Made by a program: the position numbers and the translations under genes. Under the pieces are notes generated by a model. That model saw nothing but the letters and a program-made list of their open reading frames with translations. It made no database searches and was not told where the DNA came from. Positions 32,886-45,515 of a stretch of 64,000 nucleotides of DNA are shown one piece after another. The stretch is from Macrostomum lignano (Eukaryota), in NCBI GenBank assembly GCA_002269645.1, contig NIVC01000591.1:186001-250000 (forward strand), read 5' to 3'. Position 1 is the first letter of the stretch. Every line of letters starts with the position of its first letter.

Positions 32886-33419
32886 CCCATTAGAAAAGTT
32901 ATGCACCTATATAGGCATAAAAGGTGAGCAAGATGCACAAAAAAGGCACATTAGTGGCCTATTTTATGCGTGTTGTGGAAATGTACCTGAGTGCACCTTT
33001 TATGCCTAAATTTCACCAATATTTTTGAAAAGAGGCATGAAAGGTGTACAATTGGTGAAGTGGTTAGGCATTAGGGGAATTCTCAATTTTGATTGGTTGA
33101 GGCAATAGGGGTAGTAAAGGTGTGTAAGGGGCATTGGAGGTGCATAAAACATGAACAATAGGCTCACAAGTGAGGCAAAGCAGGTGCATGGGAGGTGCAG
33201 TAGGGGCACAGAAAATGCATGAAAGGTGAATTTGAGAGGTGGGTGTATATATTTCTAATTAAACTATTTTTTCAAAAGAGAATTAAGTCATGACAGAATA
33301 AATAGGTGCATATATATGCATTTCCAAAACACACACAAAATAGGCCAATAAATATAAGTGCCTCTTGTGCACCTTGCTAACCTTTTATGCCTATGCAGTT
33401 GCATAACTTTTTCAATGGG
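32886..33419. mobile_element. MITE with ~110-bp imperfect TIRs and CCC...GGG ends (EnSpm/CMC-like)
   Basis: CCCATTAGAAAAGTTATGCA...AGGCATAAAAGG vs CCTTTTATGCCT...TGCATAACTTTTTCAATGGG; AA on both flanks (possible 2-bp TSD). Confidence 0.7.
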
Positions 33420-34843
33420 AATTAGTAATAAAAATTAACTGAGTTATATACTCCTATATTGCAAGCACAGATTGAACATAAAAAGCTTTATTTATACCTA
33501 TACAAATTGCTGCTATCCCCTTCCTGATTCTCTAATCTTAAGAATGCCTAAGACTAAAAAGATGATATGCAATACATATACCAGTAGAATATATACCACT
33601 CAGGCCAGAGATTTACATATAATGCTACCAGATCTAAGTAAGAATGCTATTAATAATATAGGGTGAAAATACCATTAGTAAGAATGGAATCTGCAGATAT
33701 ATATATATATATATTCAGAGCAATACTTAGACAGATTCATAGATACTCAGATAATCAGACTTATATATATACTAAGAACAGTTCACAGACCAATTCTAAG
33801 AAAGTAGAGAATTAGATCTAGAACAGTTGGTGGTAGCTTTTAGGATATTTACAAACACAAAAGAAAAACCACTATTATAACTTGGTATTACAATTAGACT
33901 ATTCTTTAAGTTTAAAGACAGGGGGAACAGCACTGTCACAACTTTGGTAGCATCAGTACATCAGTAGGATTATTCTAGAAGGCAGAAGTAACCCCTACAT
34001 CATTATATATTGTATATAAAGCCAAGGCCTTATACTATATTTATAAATAAAATGTATACAGATAGGGGGGGGGGCCTAAATGTATAAATATATAGACCTA
34101 ATGTATAATGCATGGAATATACATATTTTAGTTAGCCTAGGCATGTTGAAATAGGCCAACTTCAATAAGTAAAAAACTTGTATGCATATAATGTAGCTCG
34201 TACTAGTATGTATGCTAATGTGGGGGCTCTGCCCCTACACCCCCAAAAAGGGCCCCTTTGAACCTGCTCTCTTTTGACTTTGCCATAGACAATTCCAGTA
34301 GGCCATGAAACCTACTGAATACATAGGAATAAATGGGATTTTACCATAGACAGTCTCAGTGGGTCTGCTAACTATAACACTAATATGGATAGGCTGCATC
34401 AGGCAGAAATGAGCTGACACTTCTCAGCGTTATAGCTCGTTTCTGCCTTCTGTGGCCCATCAATATTGGTATATTGTGAATAATTTAACACAGTAAACTA
34501 GAAGATTGCCTAAGTAATAGTAACAAGTCTTAGATATTTGCCAATTTAATTAGTTAGGCCTAATTTTTTGCATTTACAATACAAGATTAATTAAATTATA
34601 AGAATTTGATATTTTATCAGTTTGGCACTTGGCACCCTTGGTGCATCTTTCTTTGTTTTAGTGTGGCATTTGCTGGTTTCCTAGTTTGGTTCTTTTAGTA
34701 AACTTAGTCCTATCCTAGCCTCTTAAAGAGTTGAGACTAGGTTTTATATCAAGTTAGAATTTATGTCCAGATAGTATCCTCAATTGTGGATAAACAAAAT
34801 ATTATTATTTAAAAACATGAACAAGCCCTATTCTTAGCCTAAC

Positions 34844-35413
34844 CGGCAATCCTACATTTCCGTTCGGTAAATTATTTTAACATTTGAATTCGTACCACCG
34901 AGTCAAATGACGTCAATTGGCAATGTGTCTATGGCCAAAAGTTTGAGCGAACAGAGTTTAAGGGGGTGTCAGTTTAAGGGAGCTGTTGCTTGTGAGCTGC
35001 TTGTTTTTTGAGCTTCAATTTCTCATTTCCCATCAGCTGCACTTCGTAAATCCAGCAGACCCAACAGTCCACACCAACACCATGGAGGGCACATAGGCCC
35101 ACGCAAAGTGCAAGATCTGCAACATGCATAGCACGAGCGATGCTCACTTCAATGCACACATTGAGGAATTCCTCTGGCATTGTCTATATCCCCGATGTCC
35201 ATTTGGGGCTATCCTGTACTGGATTGGACATTACTAATACTATCCATTATAGACACCTTAATGACCTGCAGACACACTCTAAGTGACTATGCACTCTAAC
35301 AGACTGCTACCATGTTCCACTGTTTCAGTTTTGTTTGGTTACATTGTTATTTAACACGCCTGTTCAAAATTCAGTGTCAAAATAATTTACCGAACGGAAG
35401 TGTAGGATTGCCG
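34844..35413. mobile_element. Non-autonomous TIR element with a 6-bp TSD (CCTAAC)
   Basis: TIRs CGGCAATCCTACA(T/C)TTCCGTTCGGTAAATTATTTT at both ends (~45 bp, few mismatches); CCTAAC at 34838-34843 and 35414-35419. Confidence 0.8.
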
Positions 35414-36221
35414 CCTAACCTAATCATCAGACAGAATAACTCTCATGCCTGCCTAGTGATTCATTTTCTTTTTCAGTTTTTATCTAAGAAAGTCTAATCG
35501 CGGAAATAAAAATTCTTAGAAACGCTTGATTCCAAGTTTAAAATATCCGTATATTGGAACTCTACACACACTTTAAATGAATTTCCTATTCCAGAGAATT
35601 TTTCCCATATGCTTAAAATGAGTTGTCTGTATGTGTGAGATAGATTTCAGAAAAAACAGCTTAACCGATTTTGTTAAAACTTGCACCATTCGATCAGTAA
35701 GTTTTCCCGTGACGGTACAAGCACCGGGGGCTAATAAATTGCTAAATGTAAAATTGATTAAACATTAGAAAAAACATGCTTTTTGCGGAAGTCAAGCAGC
35801 TCTTTCGACTTACATGCATTGTAAGAATGCTAGAGAAAAAATGACTGGTTAAATTCTGATTCTGAAATACATGTAGATTGCATCACAATAGGCTTTTATC
35901 TATTCAGTCTGTGTACTGGCTGAATTTTTACACTGAATTGAATTGCGTCACAGTAGTGAAAACGCAGCGTGAAAGCATACCTAAAGATCTGATTTATATA
36001 GCGTAACGATATTGTTAACTTTAACTGAGACTGATATTGACTGGCTGCGAAACTGATTATGTCCCATAACTGACTTGGTGTGAGTGTTATATAAATTATA
36101 AAGTGCTACAAATTCATTAATAAATTCGATGAGAGCTAGCCTAGATGCGAACAGACTAGACTGCTAATGCAGCGATCAGCTGGGTTCGAATCTTAATTCG
36201 AACTAATTAAAAAGACCAGAA

Positions 36222-36390
36222 TTATTGCACTTGATAAGCCGAGGATTATTGCACTTGATAAACGGAGGATTATTGCACTTGATAAGCCAAGGATTATTGC
36301 ACTTGATAAGCCATGCCAGGATTATTGCACTTGATAAGCCATGCAAGGATTATTGCACTTGATAAGCCATGCAAGGATTATTGCACTAGC
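36222..36390. repeat. ~22-27-bp tandem repeat GATTATTGCACTTGATAAGCC; degenerate continuation to ~37010
   Basis: About 7 units, interrupted by the hAT MITE at 36396. Confidence 0.9.
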
Positions 36391-36395
36391 TCAGA

Positions 36396-36743
36396 CAGGG
36401 GCGTCGCCAACGAACATGTTCCCACTTGTAAAAAAGATCTGGGAGGGCATGCCAATGCTTTGTCCCCCCACCCCATATACCTTATGACCCGTTATGGAAA
36501 TTAATAATTTTGCTGCAGGGCGACAAAACATAGCGCCGGTGGCGCTAAAATAAGTGCCCGGGCGCCAAAATGAGTGGGCCTGCGGCGCCAAAATGAGTGC
36601 TTGCGGCGGCGCTAAAATGAGCGCTGACAGCACCGATTCTGAAAATAATGTACATGTAGGAATTTAGCTATGTACGAGCGTGCATGTACATGTATAATTG
36701 TTGGCTTTGTCCCGCCACCATAAAATCCATGGCGATGCGCCTG
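36396..36743. mobile_element. hAT MITE, 348 bp, with an 8-bp TSD
   Basis: TIRs CAGGGGCGTCGCCA / TGGCGATGCGCCTG; perfect TSD AGCTCAGA at 36388-36395 and 36744-36751. Confidence 0.85.
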
Positions 36744-37184
36744 AGCTCAGATGAGGATTATATTAATATGTTAGCTGAAAAAAGGAATTATTAATATTGC
36801 GCTAGCTGAGACATTGATGTATTGCACAGCCTGAGAAAGCGTAGCTTAGAGAGGGATTATTGCACTAGCTGAGACCGATTTTTGCACTTGATGAGTTAAG
36901 GATTATTGCATTCGATAAGAAAATAATTATTGCACTAGCTGAGAAGAGGATTATTGTACAACCTGAGAAAGCGATTTGCGCATTAGCGGAGGAAATATTT
37001 GCACTAGCTATTCATACTTGCTGTGTGGTGTATGCTTTCTATTAAATCTGGGGGGGGGGTGCTTAATATTGTATTTGGAGTCGGGGGTGCTTTCTCTCGA
37101 GGGGGGGTGGGGGTATTTGTTATTTGACAGAGAGGGGTACTAGCTGCATGTGTCTATATGTATGAGATTCTTTCTGTCCAGGGA

Positions 37185-37335
37185 TGCTTGCCATCTGCAG
37201 GATTCTTGCTATCTGGTGGATGCTTGCTATCTGGGGGGATGCTTACTACCTGGGGGGATGCTTGCTATCTGCGGTTGCTTACTCTTGGAGGGTGGGGTGC
37301 TTGCTGTCTGGGGATGCTTGCTGTCTTGGGGATGT
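37185..37335. repeat. Degenerate ~17-bp tandem repeat GGGGATGCTTGCTATCT
   Basis: About 8 degenerate units. Confidence 0.75.
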
Positions 37336-38002
37336 TTTCTATTTACGGGGAAGTCTGCTATCTTTATGAAAGCTAATTTATTTTGTTGCTTTTTGGCTAA
37401 ATAAAAAAGAGATTCATAGCAAAATCTTTGTCCGTGACAATTTTTAATTGAATAAGGTGATTTTTAAAACTGAAGAAGGAATTGGTTCTTAAGAAAATGT
37501 GCCTTTTAATTTTTTTCATGAATAATTTTTGCTCCTTACTTTTTGGGCGCTCCGAAGGGGGACACTAGATTGCTAGTGCAAAACTGAAAGCGCAAATTTC
37601 TGTTAAAATCGAGCATTCCGTAATAAGGTCATGCCAGCTGACCAACCCCAGACCTCTGAAGGCTTCCGTGAATTAATTGCTGCAGACAATCACCGCAAAA
37701 GAACAAAGGGCCACGGACAGTGCCTATATCATGTAAAAGGGCAGCTGCCGCCCCTCTGTGGCTCTACCCCCCCTCGTTTTGCTATGCATAGACAGGGGCG
37801 CCCACCAAGAGGCAGGGATGGGACACCAAATATTCCCCCCCCCCCTCGGCGGTCCTCGGCGGTTCGCGGTCCTACCCAACAATTAAATGTGGTCAGTGGT
37901 CACACTCCAAAGACTTATACGATTATAGCACACGTTTGGTATCAAGAGAGGTGTTTGGTATTGCTGGATATATATATACCTCTCTTGATGCATATGTATC
38001 GG

Positions 38003-40050
38003 CTTGACTTACTTGACTTACTTGGCTGTCCCAGAGGGACACAGCGGGAAGGCGCGAACACCCATTCTGCTAATCCCTGAATGGCCGACGCGTCGCTATA
38101 GATGAAGGGTTGGCGCCGCCCAGGGAGGTCCCCCAGTGTCGCAAGCAGCTATAGTGCTCTCTGGAAATGAGAGTTCAGCCCTGCGGGTGGCCCGAAGGCA
38201 GCGCATGAGCTGATTAAAGTTTTCGGGTTTGCACGCTTCAGTAATAGATGTGTGTGACCCGAGGTAAGTGAGTCTGGCTCGCGTAAAGGCGGGACAGATG
38301 CTGACGAAATGCTCAGCGGTTTCGTCACCTGAGTTACAGAAGCTTCAGGTGGCGTTGGTGGCGTTGCCCTGCAGGTACTGGTGCCTAGAGAAGCAGCCGT
38401 GACCTGAGAGGGTCATGGTGGCAGCCCGGATGTCTCTGCGCGAGAGGCTCAAGAGGAGCTTCCGGAGCTGGTGAGAGGGCTGAGGGACAGCGCCTCTGGA
38501 TTGCCTGCAGGTAGTGCAGTTCGCCCAAGTCGAGCGGTGCTGGGTCCTGATCCACGTTTTGATTCGCGAGTCAATGACACAGCCAGGAATCGGGACAAGG
38601 GGTTCGGGACCGAGAGAGGAGCCGGAGGCGCCAACTTTTGCAAGGGCGTCAGCCAACTCATTTCCTCGGATCCCCATATGCCCCGGAATCCGTTTAAGGG
38701 TGATTTTGTTGGTGGAGATCAACACGTTGAGGAGTTTGATACAGTCGAGGACTGTATCAGAATTGGTGCTGCAGCCACTGATGGCGTGCAAGGCAGCTTT
38801 GCTGTCCGAATGGAAAATGATGTTCTTACCGGTAACGCCAGTGGCGAGGACCTCTGCGATGCGGGAGCTGATGGCGAGAACTTCATTTTGGAAGACACTG
38901 GAGTTGACCCCAGTGTACTGAGCGTGGGTTGCGATGACCCTTCCGTTCAGGAAGATTCCAACACCAAAGCCGGTGTTGGCTGACTGTTTAGAACCGTCGG
39001 TGTAGCAATGAAGCTCACCAGGGTTCCAGTGGTCATTGATGGTATCGCATGAGTCGATAGCTACAGAGTAGCGTTGTCTCAGGTTGAGCGTTGAGGCAAT
39101 GCCATCGGTGAAGACGCGATTGGCCTGACACTCGTTGAGAATGTTGAGGCACAGGTCGCTATGCGGGACGAGGTTCCGCTTAGCAGGTGCCCTCATGTAA
39201 AGGAATTTGACACCGGCATCGAGTAAACGCCGCGTCGTTCTAGCCGCCTCACCCCTGACGAAGAGGTCGAGAGGCGGTAGATTAAGGAAGGCCCCCATGC
39301 CGGCAAAGGGCGTGGACCTGGTGGCGTTGCAGATAAGCCTACACGCTCTGCCCTGGATCGTGTTGAGCAAATCTGCATGACTTTTGACCTGGGTAGCGCT
39401 GACCCAGACAACCGAGGCGTACGTAATGGCAGGTCTAACTACGGAAGTGTAGATCCACCAAAGTCGCTTTGTGGATAGACCCCAAGAGGTGCCAAGTGCT
39501 CGTCGGAGCTGGGCCAGGATGGCTGAGGCACGCTTGGCATTTGCTTTCACGTGGAAGGACCAGTTGAGCCGGTGGTCAAGTATGACCCCGAGACATCTGG
39601 TCTGGTGCGCGAAGGCAATATCTCTGCCGTATAGCTGCAGAGGTCGTATGTTCCAGCGTATTCTGTGGGTGAACATATGGCAACAGTTTTGGGCTCAGAT
39701 AGTTCCAGACCGTTGTCATTGGCCCAGGATTCTGCTTTGCGGATAAAGCTCTGCATCAGATCCCTGAGCGTGCTGGGGGATGGCCCTGCCACAATGGCAG
39801 TGACGTCGTCAGCATACCCGACTTTAGGACGGGATCAGGTCGGGAGTCGCCCAGAAGAGCGTCCATGACCAGGTTCCAGAGCGTCGGGGTGTGGACTCCG
39901 CCTTGGGGTCCGCCCTTACAGACTCTGGCGGAGGCAGTTTGCCCGAGAAGTTGGGCAGTGACCGTACGGTTAGAGATCATGTACATGATCCACCGTATGA
40001 GGGTAACGTGAGCTTTGCGGTTTTGAAAGGCCCTCGCCCTTCAAATATCT
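38003..40050 (-). mobile_element. 5'-truncated non-LTR retrotransposon (R1/LOA-like, I group): RT C-terminus + RNase H + CCHC
   Basis: RT motifs LDI.GAF (broken), GPQGGV..PTLWNLVMD, YADD, LGVILD..LNW. RNase H: YTDGSK, SDSKAAL, PGHMGIRGNELADALAK. CCHC knuckle broken by TGA at 38345. Tail (CAAGTAAGT)2. Candidate TSD TGCATATGTATCGG (37989-38002) / TGCATACATGTATCGG (40077-40092). Several frameshifts. Confidence 0.92.
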
Positions 40051-40981
40051 AGTTATAGCTATAGCTATAGCTATAGTGCATACATGTATCGGATATACTC
40101 GTACATGTATGCACGTAACCACACCCAATATTGTAGATCACGTTACCCACATGCTTGTTCATAGGTTTCTGAATAGAAACTCGAGCCGCCTTTGAATTGA
40201 ACTACATTGGCTGAATAATTGAACGCACAGTATATAGCTAAGCGACTTAATTTCGCTGTTTATTAGTATACGCGAGCGGAAATTTATGTCAGGAGTTCAA
40301 TTCTGTCCACGAGAATTGCCTGCCTGCGTAGGGGTGTCTTCGCTATATATTAACATGCAATATATAGTTTGCTTATTTCGGATCCCATTTTGAGCCCAGT
40401 TGCTCATGCATGTAGATTAGCTCGTATTGAGTCCGAAATAAGATACAGGGGGGGGGGGGCGCTGCATTGAGTCAAAGCAACTGCAAGGCCACGGGTTTTT
40501 TTCAGAGTGAGCATTCTCAGTCCACATGAGTTTGCATTAAATAATTCTGGCATGATATAGTGCTGTATTTACTCAGGGTGGTTATGAAATGCTTGAGCTT
40601 AATAATGTACCAATGTGAATTATAGTTGAGCAATTGAAAAGAAGGGATCGAAGTCATTTAATATGAGAATGTGAACTCCCGGTACAGCTGGTTAACTCTC
40701 GATCCGGGGTTGAGCTTACAGTTTTAATCGCCTATAATATTTTTGCGTAACAGATCGCGCACCCAATAATTTCCTCCGATTATATAGAGCAGTGCAGGAC
40801 AAGGCGGAGAAGAATTCAAAAAAGCTATAGTTAGGGTGCCATAAAAAACCCAGAGCAAGATCCACAAGCTCCTAAACTGAACATTTCTCGCTTAAGACGC
40901 CACATACCAGGTATTTTACCGATCTACACATCTATAAAACTAATTAGAAACTAAGTTTCCGGCGCAGTGTTTTCTTCACTA

Positions 40982-42514
40982 ATGGATGATACTAAGCAGC
41001 AACCGGAAACGGTGAAAAATGTCTGCATGACGGAGACTTCTCGGCGAAAATGCCTTCTGCTAATGAGCGCCTGTTTAATTCTGATGATGGCTGGCCAGTG
41101 TGTCTCAGGCCCTATATTTGCCAATTTCATAAAGTTCAGCTATGGACTAAACCAGAGACAACTGGACTTTAGCGTTGCTCTACTGTACCTGGGAACAGTG
41201 CTAATCTTTCTCAGCGGACTCTTTTACGACCGTTTTGGTACGAGAGCTTCGGTCGTCTTCAGTGGCGTCCTCTCCACGCTGTCCATGACTTTTGTTGCCG
41301 TCGCAATGGCGTATCCAGAGCCGCTGCGCCAGAACTTATGGCTGCTGTTCATTCTGCTGTTCCTGTACGGTCACAGCTTCAACTACAGCTACGTGGCTGC
41401 GATTGGTTGCTGCATGAAAAGTTTCTCATCGAGTCAACGTGTCTTTGTCATGACGCTGGCGGACAACTTCTTCAGTCTGGGTCCCCCAGTTGTGGCCTTC
41501 ATCTACTACGTGGTCTTCGACAATATGCACAGAAGTAACACCGACCAGAGACCTGTAGGCACCCGGATCGTGCTCCTAGTTTTAAATGCCACTATTCATG
41601 TGTTCGCTTTTATCTTTCTAACACCGTTCGATGATTCTTTGGATAAAGAAAAACCTAGCGAATCGAGCCCTATTCTAGACAAACAGCCACCGGAACAGGA
41701 TCGACAGAAACTACAGGATGCATTCAACTCTAACATGAACGAAACGCATACTGCGACGGCTGAGACGATCGACACTCGACCGCAGGACGGTTTCCTGACG
41801 CAGACACAATACTTTTTTACCGTGTGCTGCTCAGATCGCTTCATGCCTCTCATGCTGGGCGTTGCTCTGTCCATCGGAGCAAACCTGACAACCTTTCTAA
41901 ACCTGACTAGCGTCACTCGAAGTTTGTCGCTGACTCAATACGACGTTTACTATTTTTGGTTTCCAACTCTGGTGGGCATAGCTTGGCGCTGTCTGATTGG
42001 GCTTCTTACTGACAGACACCTACCGAAGGCAAGTCATCGATCTGCTGTTTTGCTTGCCAGCGTGGTCTGCTTCGGCGCTCCTTCGACGCTGCTTCTTAGC
42101 GTCCCACTGCTTCCAGGCGTGTCAGCTTTTGGTATTACGATTACGGCCTACGTTTTTGATAGTATCAACAACGCCACCCTATTCACCATTCCACCCGTGA
42201 TCATCTCTATGACTGAAAAGCCGCACCTGTTCGGACGGCTCTACTCTTCCTGTCTTCTTTTAGCTTCAACAACTGGCCTGCTTCTTATTCTGCAATTCGG
42301 CGCTCTGTACGACGCTCAAATTCGAACAACTTCCGGTGATAAGACAGGCGGCGTCGCGTTCAATTCCACGGCCCCTGGGACTGCTGCTAGCATACCGGAG
42401 TGCTTTGGCTACGTCTGCTACATGTACGGAGGCGTGGCAAGCACTGTGTGCCAGCTTGTGTCCATCGTTTGCTTCTCCTACTATACAATTTCTTTGCGGC
42501 GGGCCAACTTGTGA
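40982..42514 (+). CDS. Intronless MFS transporter, nodulin-like/MCH1-type
   Basis: Open frame of ~510 codons from ATG 40982, about 12 hydrophobic segments with a central hydrophilic loop. FIKFSYGLNQRQL...GLFYDRFGTR and GLLTDRH match the MFS motif A repeats. Confidence 0.85.
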   Translation: MDDTKQQPETVKNVCMTETSRRKCLLLMSACLILMMAGQCVSGPIFANFIKFSYGLNQRQLDFSVALLYLGTVLIFLSGLFYDRFGTRASVVFSGVLSTLSMTFVAVAMAYPEPLRQNLWLLFILLFLYGHSFNYSYVAAIGCCMKSFSSSQRVFVMTLADNFFSLGPPVVAFIYYVVFDNMHRSNTDQRPVGTRIVLLVLNATIHVFAFIFLTPFDDSLDKEKPSESSPILDKQPPEQDRQKLQDAFNSNMNETHTATAETIDTRPQDGFLTQTQYFFTVCCSDRFMPLMLGVALSIGANLTTFLNLTSVTRSLSLTQYDVYYFWFPTLVGIAWRCLIGLLTDRHLPKASHRSAVLLASVVCFGAPSTLLLSVPLLPGVSAFGITITAYVFDSINNATLFTIPPVIISMTEKPHLFGRLYSSCLLLASTTGLLLILQFGALYDAQIRTTSGDKTGGVAFNSTAPGTAASIPECFGYVCYMYGGVASTVCQLVSIVCFSYYTISLRRANL

Positions 42515-43479
42515 ACTTGACGATGGAGGCCAGAACTCACAGATAGTATGTATGTATTTGAAGTGCGTAATATATATGGTATCTATTAATATTTTACCTC
42601 TGAATAAATGGATACTTGAAACAAGCACTTCCTTTTAAAATTCTTCCAGAGATTAAAAACTACGAGCTGCCTCTCGGACTAATAATCAAAATAATTTTAA
42701 TTTATAACTTATATAACTAGCTAAGTATAACAGTCTTCCAATTAATAGTTACCATTTCCTTCAGTCCAAAGTAACGTTACGAGTAACGTTAGATCCTGGT
42801 TGGCATTTGGTTAGTTTTTTTCACGTTAGTAATACTGCTTGAAACTAAAGTTATTCAGACGGAAGGAATATTTCCTTTACTGATATAAAAAACGTAAATA
42901 AAATACTTTTCTATCTATTTTAAATAGTTTTAAAAAGCACGCTATCATTCAAAATGACATTTACGAGGTGTTTTATGGATTTCCAGCGAATTCTAAATAT
43001 TTTGTCCTATTAAATACAAGCGTGCAAATGGCCGAAATTTATTTTTTAACTGCATGCCACTGGCAGAGTAGCTGTATGTAAGTGATTTCATTGACTTCAG
43101 ATCAGTAAAATATATAATTTCCTACGTCTAATCAATTTAATGAATGCATTTTTTTGCATTCTGAACCCATACGTTCTCACACAATCTAAATCTGCAAATA
43201 CGTAACAATGGTGGCTGAAAACTTAAAGATTGTACATGTAGTAAATTATAAATGAATTGAGTTCAAGATTCACAAACACTAGTACTTACTAAAGTAGTTT
43301 GCGTTGTTTTAAAATAAGACAAAAACAACAATAATATTAATGAATTGTAAGATTATTATAAGATTAGTATATAAGATAAGATTATATAAGATTAATTTAA
43401 GATTAATAAATTGTAATTTCGTATTATTAAAGAAAAATGCGAATGTTCGTGTTTGCTTTCGTTTTCTTGGCTTTCCTCA

Positions 43480-44620
43480 AACGAGATGTACCTTACCTCG
43501 ACTCTACGTTGTACGAGAAAGATATGTTTTCAAAGGAGGCTGTAGCCAAGCGCGTTGTTAAGTTGTCCAGCTTACATCAAAATTCTGTTTTGCTAGCACC
43601 ACTAACGCAACAAAGTCTTCGGTGTGAGCGCAAAATCTGTTTGATTGATTTCGCGCGAACTTCCAATCGGCGAAGGACTGCAGGAAACAGCAAAGCATCG
43701 GCCCGTCGGGCGCCCGCTGACTGATAATTCAGACCCACTGTCACCTGCCGATCCGGTCACCTTTTGCTGACGCTGTCGTTCTGAACTCAACAGAGGAAAA
43801 GGTCACATCTGCATAATCACATAAAGGCGTGCCAATCTTTCTGAGCAGCTGTCAATGGACAAGCGTGGAGCTGAGATTCTGGCGCCGAACAGACTTTGCG
43901 GATCCAATTTCTTCAGAGAGGTTCAGCAAGTTTCAGTGGGACCTGAGGCTAAGCCAGCGGCAAACTAAGCAGGCGGCGCAGTAGATACGCGAATGACAAG
44001 GAGGCTATTCAATTGAGCCGACATCTTGAGCAGAAACTCCGAGAGATTGACATCATTACCCTGGAGTTTTTCGAAGTTGCACAGATTTCGTTGCAAATTA
44101 AGAGAGACCCAGCAAGAGCTGCGAATCGTTGCGTACTGCACAGATGTTGGTAATAATGGAAGACCGACGGATGGATCCTTCTGAGACTGCATAGCAACCA
44201 TTGGAATCGATGGCGGCGGATTCTTTTGCAGCATATACTACTGACGGCAGCATCCTGGACAAGACAGCTGAACATCTTGCCGGCCAAAGCAACATGACGG
44301 AACAGTTCTCCATTCCATGCGTTGCCTAATGTGAAGCGCATGTGCTTTGGCAATGAGCCATACTGCCTGGATTGAAGCAAGCTATTTCGGAATTTCCCAG
44401 ACCAGCATTACATCAACATAACTTAAACTTAAAACTTCAACATTAGTCCAAAGGTGCATGCACTACTAGCACATGTTCTAGAGTTTCTTCAAGCAGAAAT
44501 TGAGAAGCAAAACCATCGCCTGGAGAACGGGAAGCAGCCTCGATATCGCGGCTTTGGCTTTTGGTCCGAAAAGGTTTTCATTCACCATAGGCTAAGAACT
44601 GAAATTACCCAGCAAATAGG
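43480..44620 (+). pseudogene. Unidentified, frameshift-riddled coding-like segments
   Basis: Protein-like runs in shifting frames (DVPYLDSTLYEKDMFSKEAVAKRV; RYANDKEAIQLSRHLEQKLREIDIITLEF; LLAHVLEFLQAEIEKQNHRLENGKQPRYRGFGFW) with candidate splice sites. Family not recognised. Confidence 0.3.
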
Positions 44621-45178
44621 TTTTCTGCTATCGATTTGGTTTAGCTCGTATTTCACAAACATCAAACTCAATAGTACCGGTCACGCATGCATTCACTCTG
44701 CTCTCTCTCTCTCTCTGTACAACAGACTGATTTTAGCGTATGGTCCTCTCTGTGCCATTTCTCTACTTTAGCCATGGCTTCCAGCTTTGGCCTAAATTGC
44801 TTGCAGTTAAAACCAAGCAGATTTCCGTTGTCTATGGCTTTCTCTGTTCTGTCTGCGTGCCGCAAGATCTCTACCAACTGCCACGTCGTCAGTCCTGCCG
44901 AAGATCACGCACCAATTTGAATGAAAAACCAAATACGCTTACTTGTACCGACGAGTTTCAGAAGCGTATCCGCGACACGTTAAAAAACAAAAAATCTATA
45001 AAAATAGAAAGCTTCCAAAAATTTCTATTCACGTTGAAATTAGAAGTCCCATTATTAGGCTGACGTACTCAATTTCCAGACAATCTGAAGAATGATAGAA
45101 TTAGATTGAAAATAAGTCCTGATACAATTATTCTAAATTAAGAGTTCATGCACGAGTGCCAAAGCAGTAAAACGCACT

Positions 45179-45515
45179 AACAACAACAACAACAGAGTAC
45201 GCTGCCGGATCGCAAAAGCAACGTCAGATGGCACGCTTCGAAGCTTGGGCGCGAACAAAGGCCGCACCGCCGGTAGAGTCCGGGGCGCCGGCGTCAGCCA
45301 GCAGACAGTCGACGTAGCGCCGTGTCCTCGCTTGTCCCCGCCGGTAGGGTGCCTGCAACGTAAGTAGCAGCACCTCCTGCACCGGCTCCGGACAGTAGGC
45401 CTCGGCGCGGATGACGTGGCCTGCCAGCTGGAGTCGCCGACGGTGCAGCAGATCGCTAGGACGGGCCAGGCCGGCGCGATGATAGAGCGCCGTGTTGGTG
45501 ACTCGCTCGTTGCCT
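45179..45515 (-). mobile_element. 3' end of an RTE-clade LINE
   Basis: ERVTNTALYHRAGL..SDLLHRRRLQLAGHVIR...RRGQARTRRYVDCLLADAG...* (stop 45224), short 3' UTR and (TTG)n tail. Confidence 0.85.

Noticed and set aside
38345-38347. Selenocysteine recoding of the TGA at a Cys position
   Set aside because: The element has other frameshifts, no SECIS was recognised, and a single TGC->TGA change explains it.
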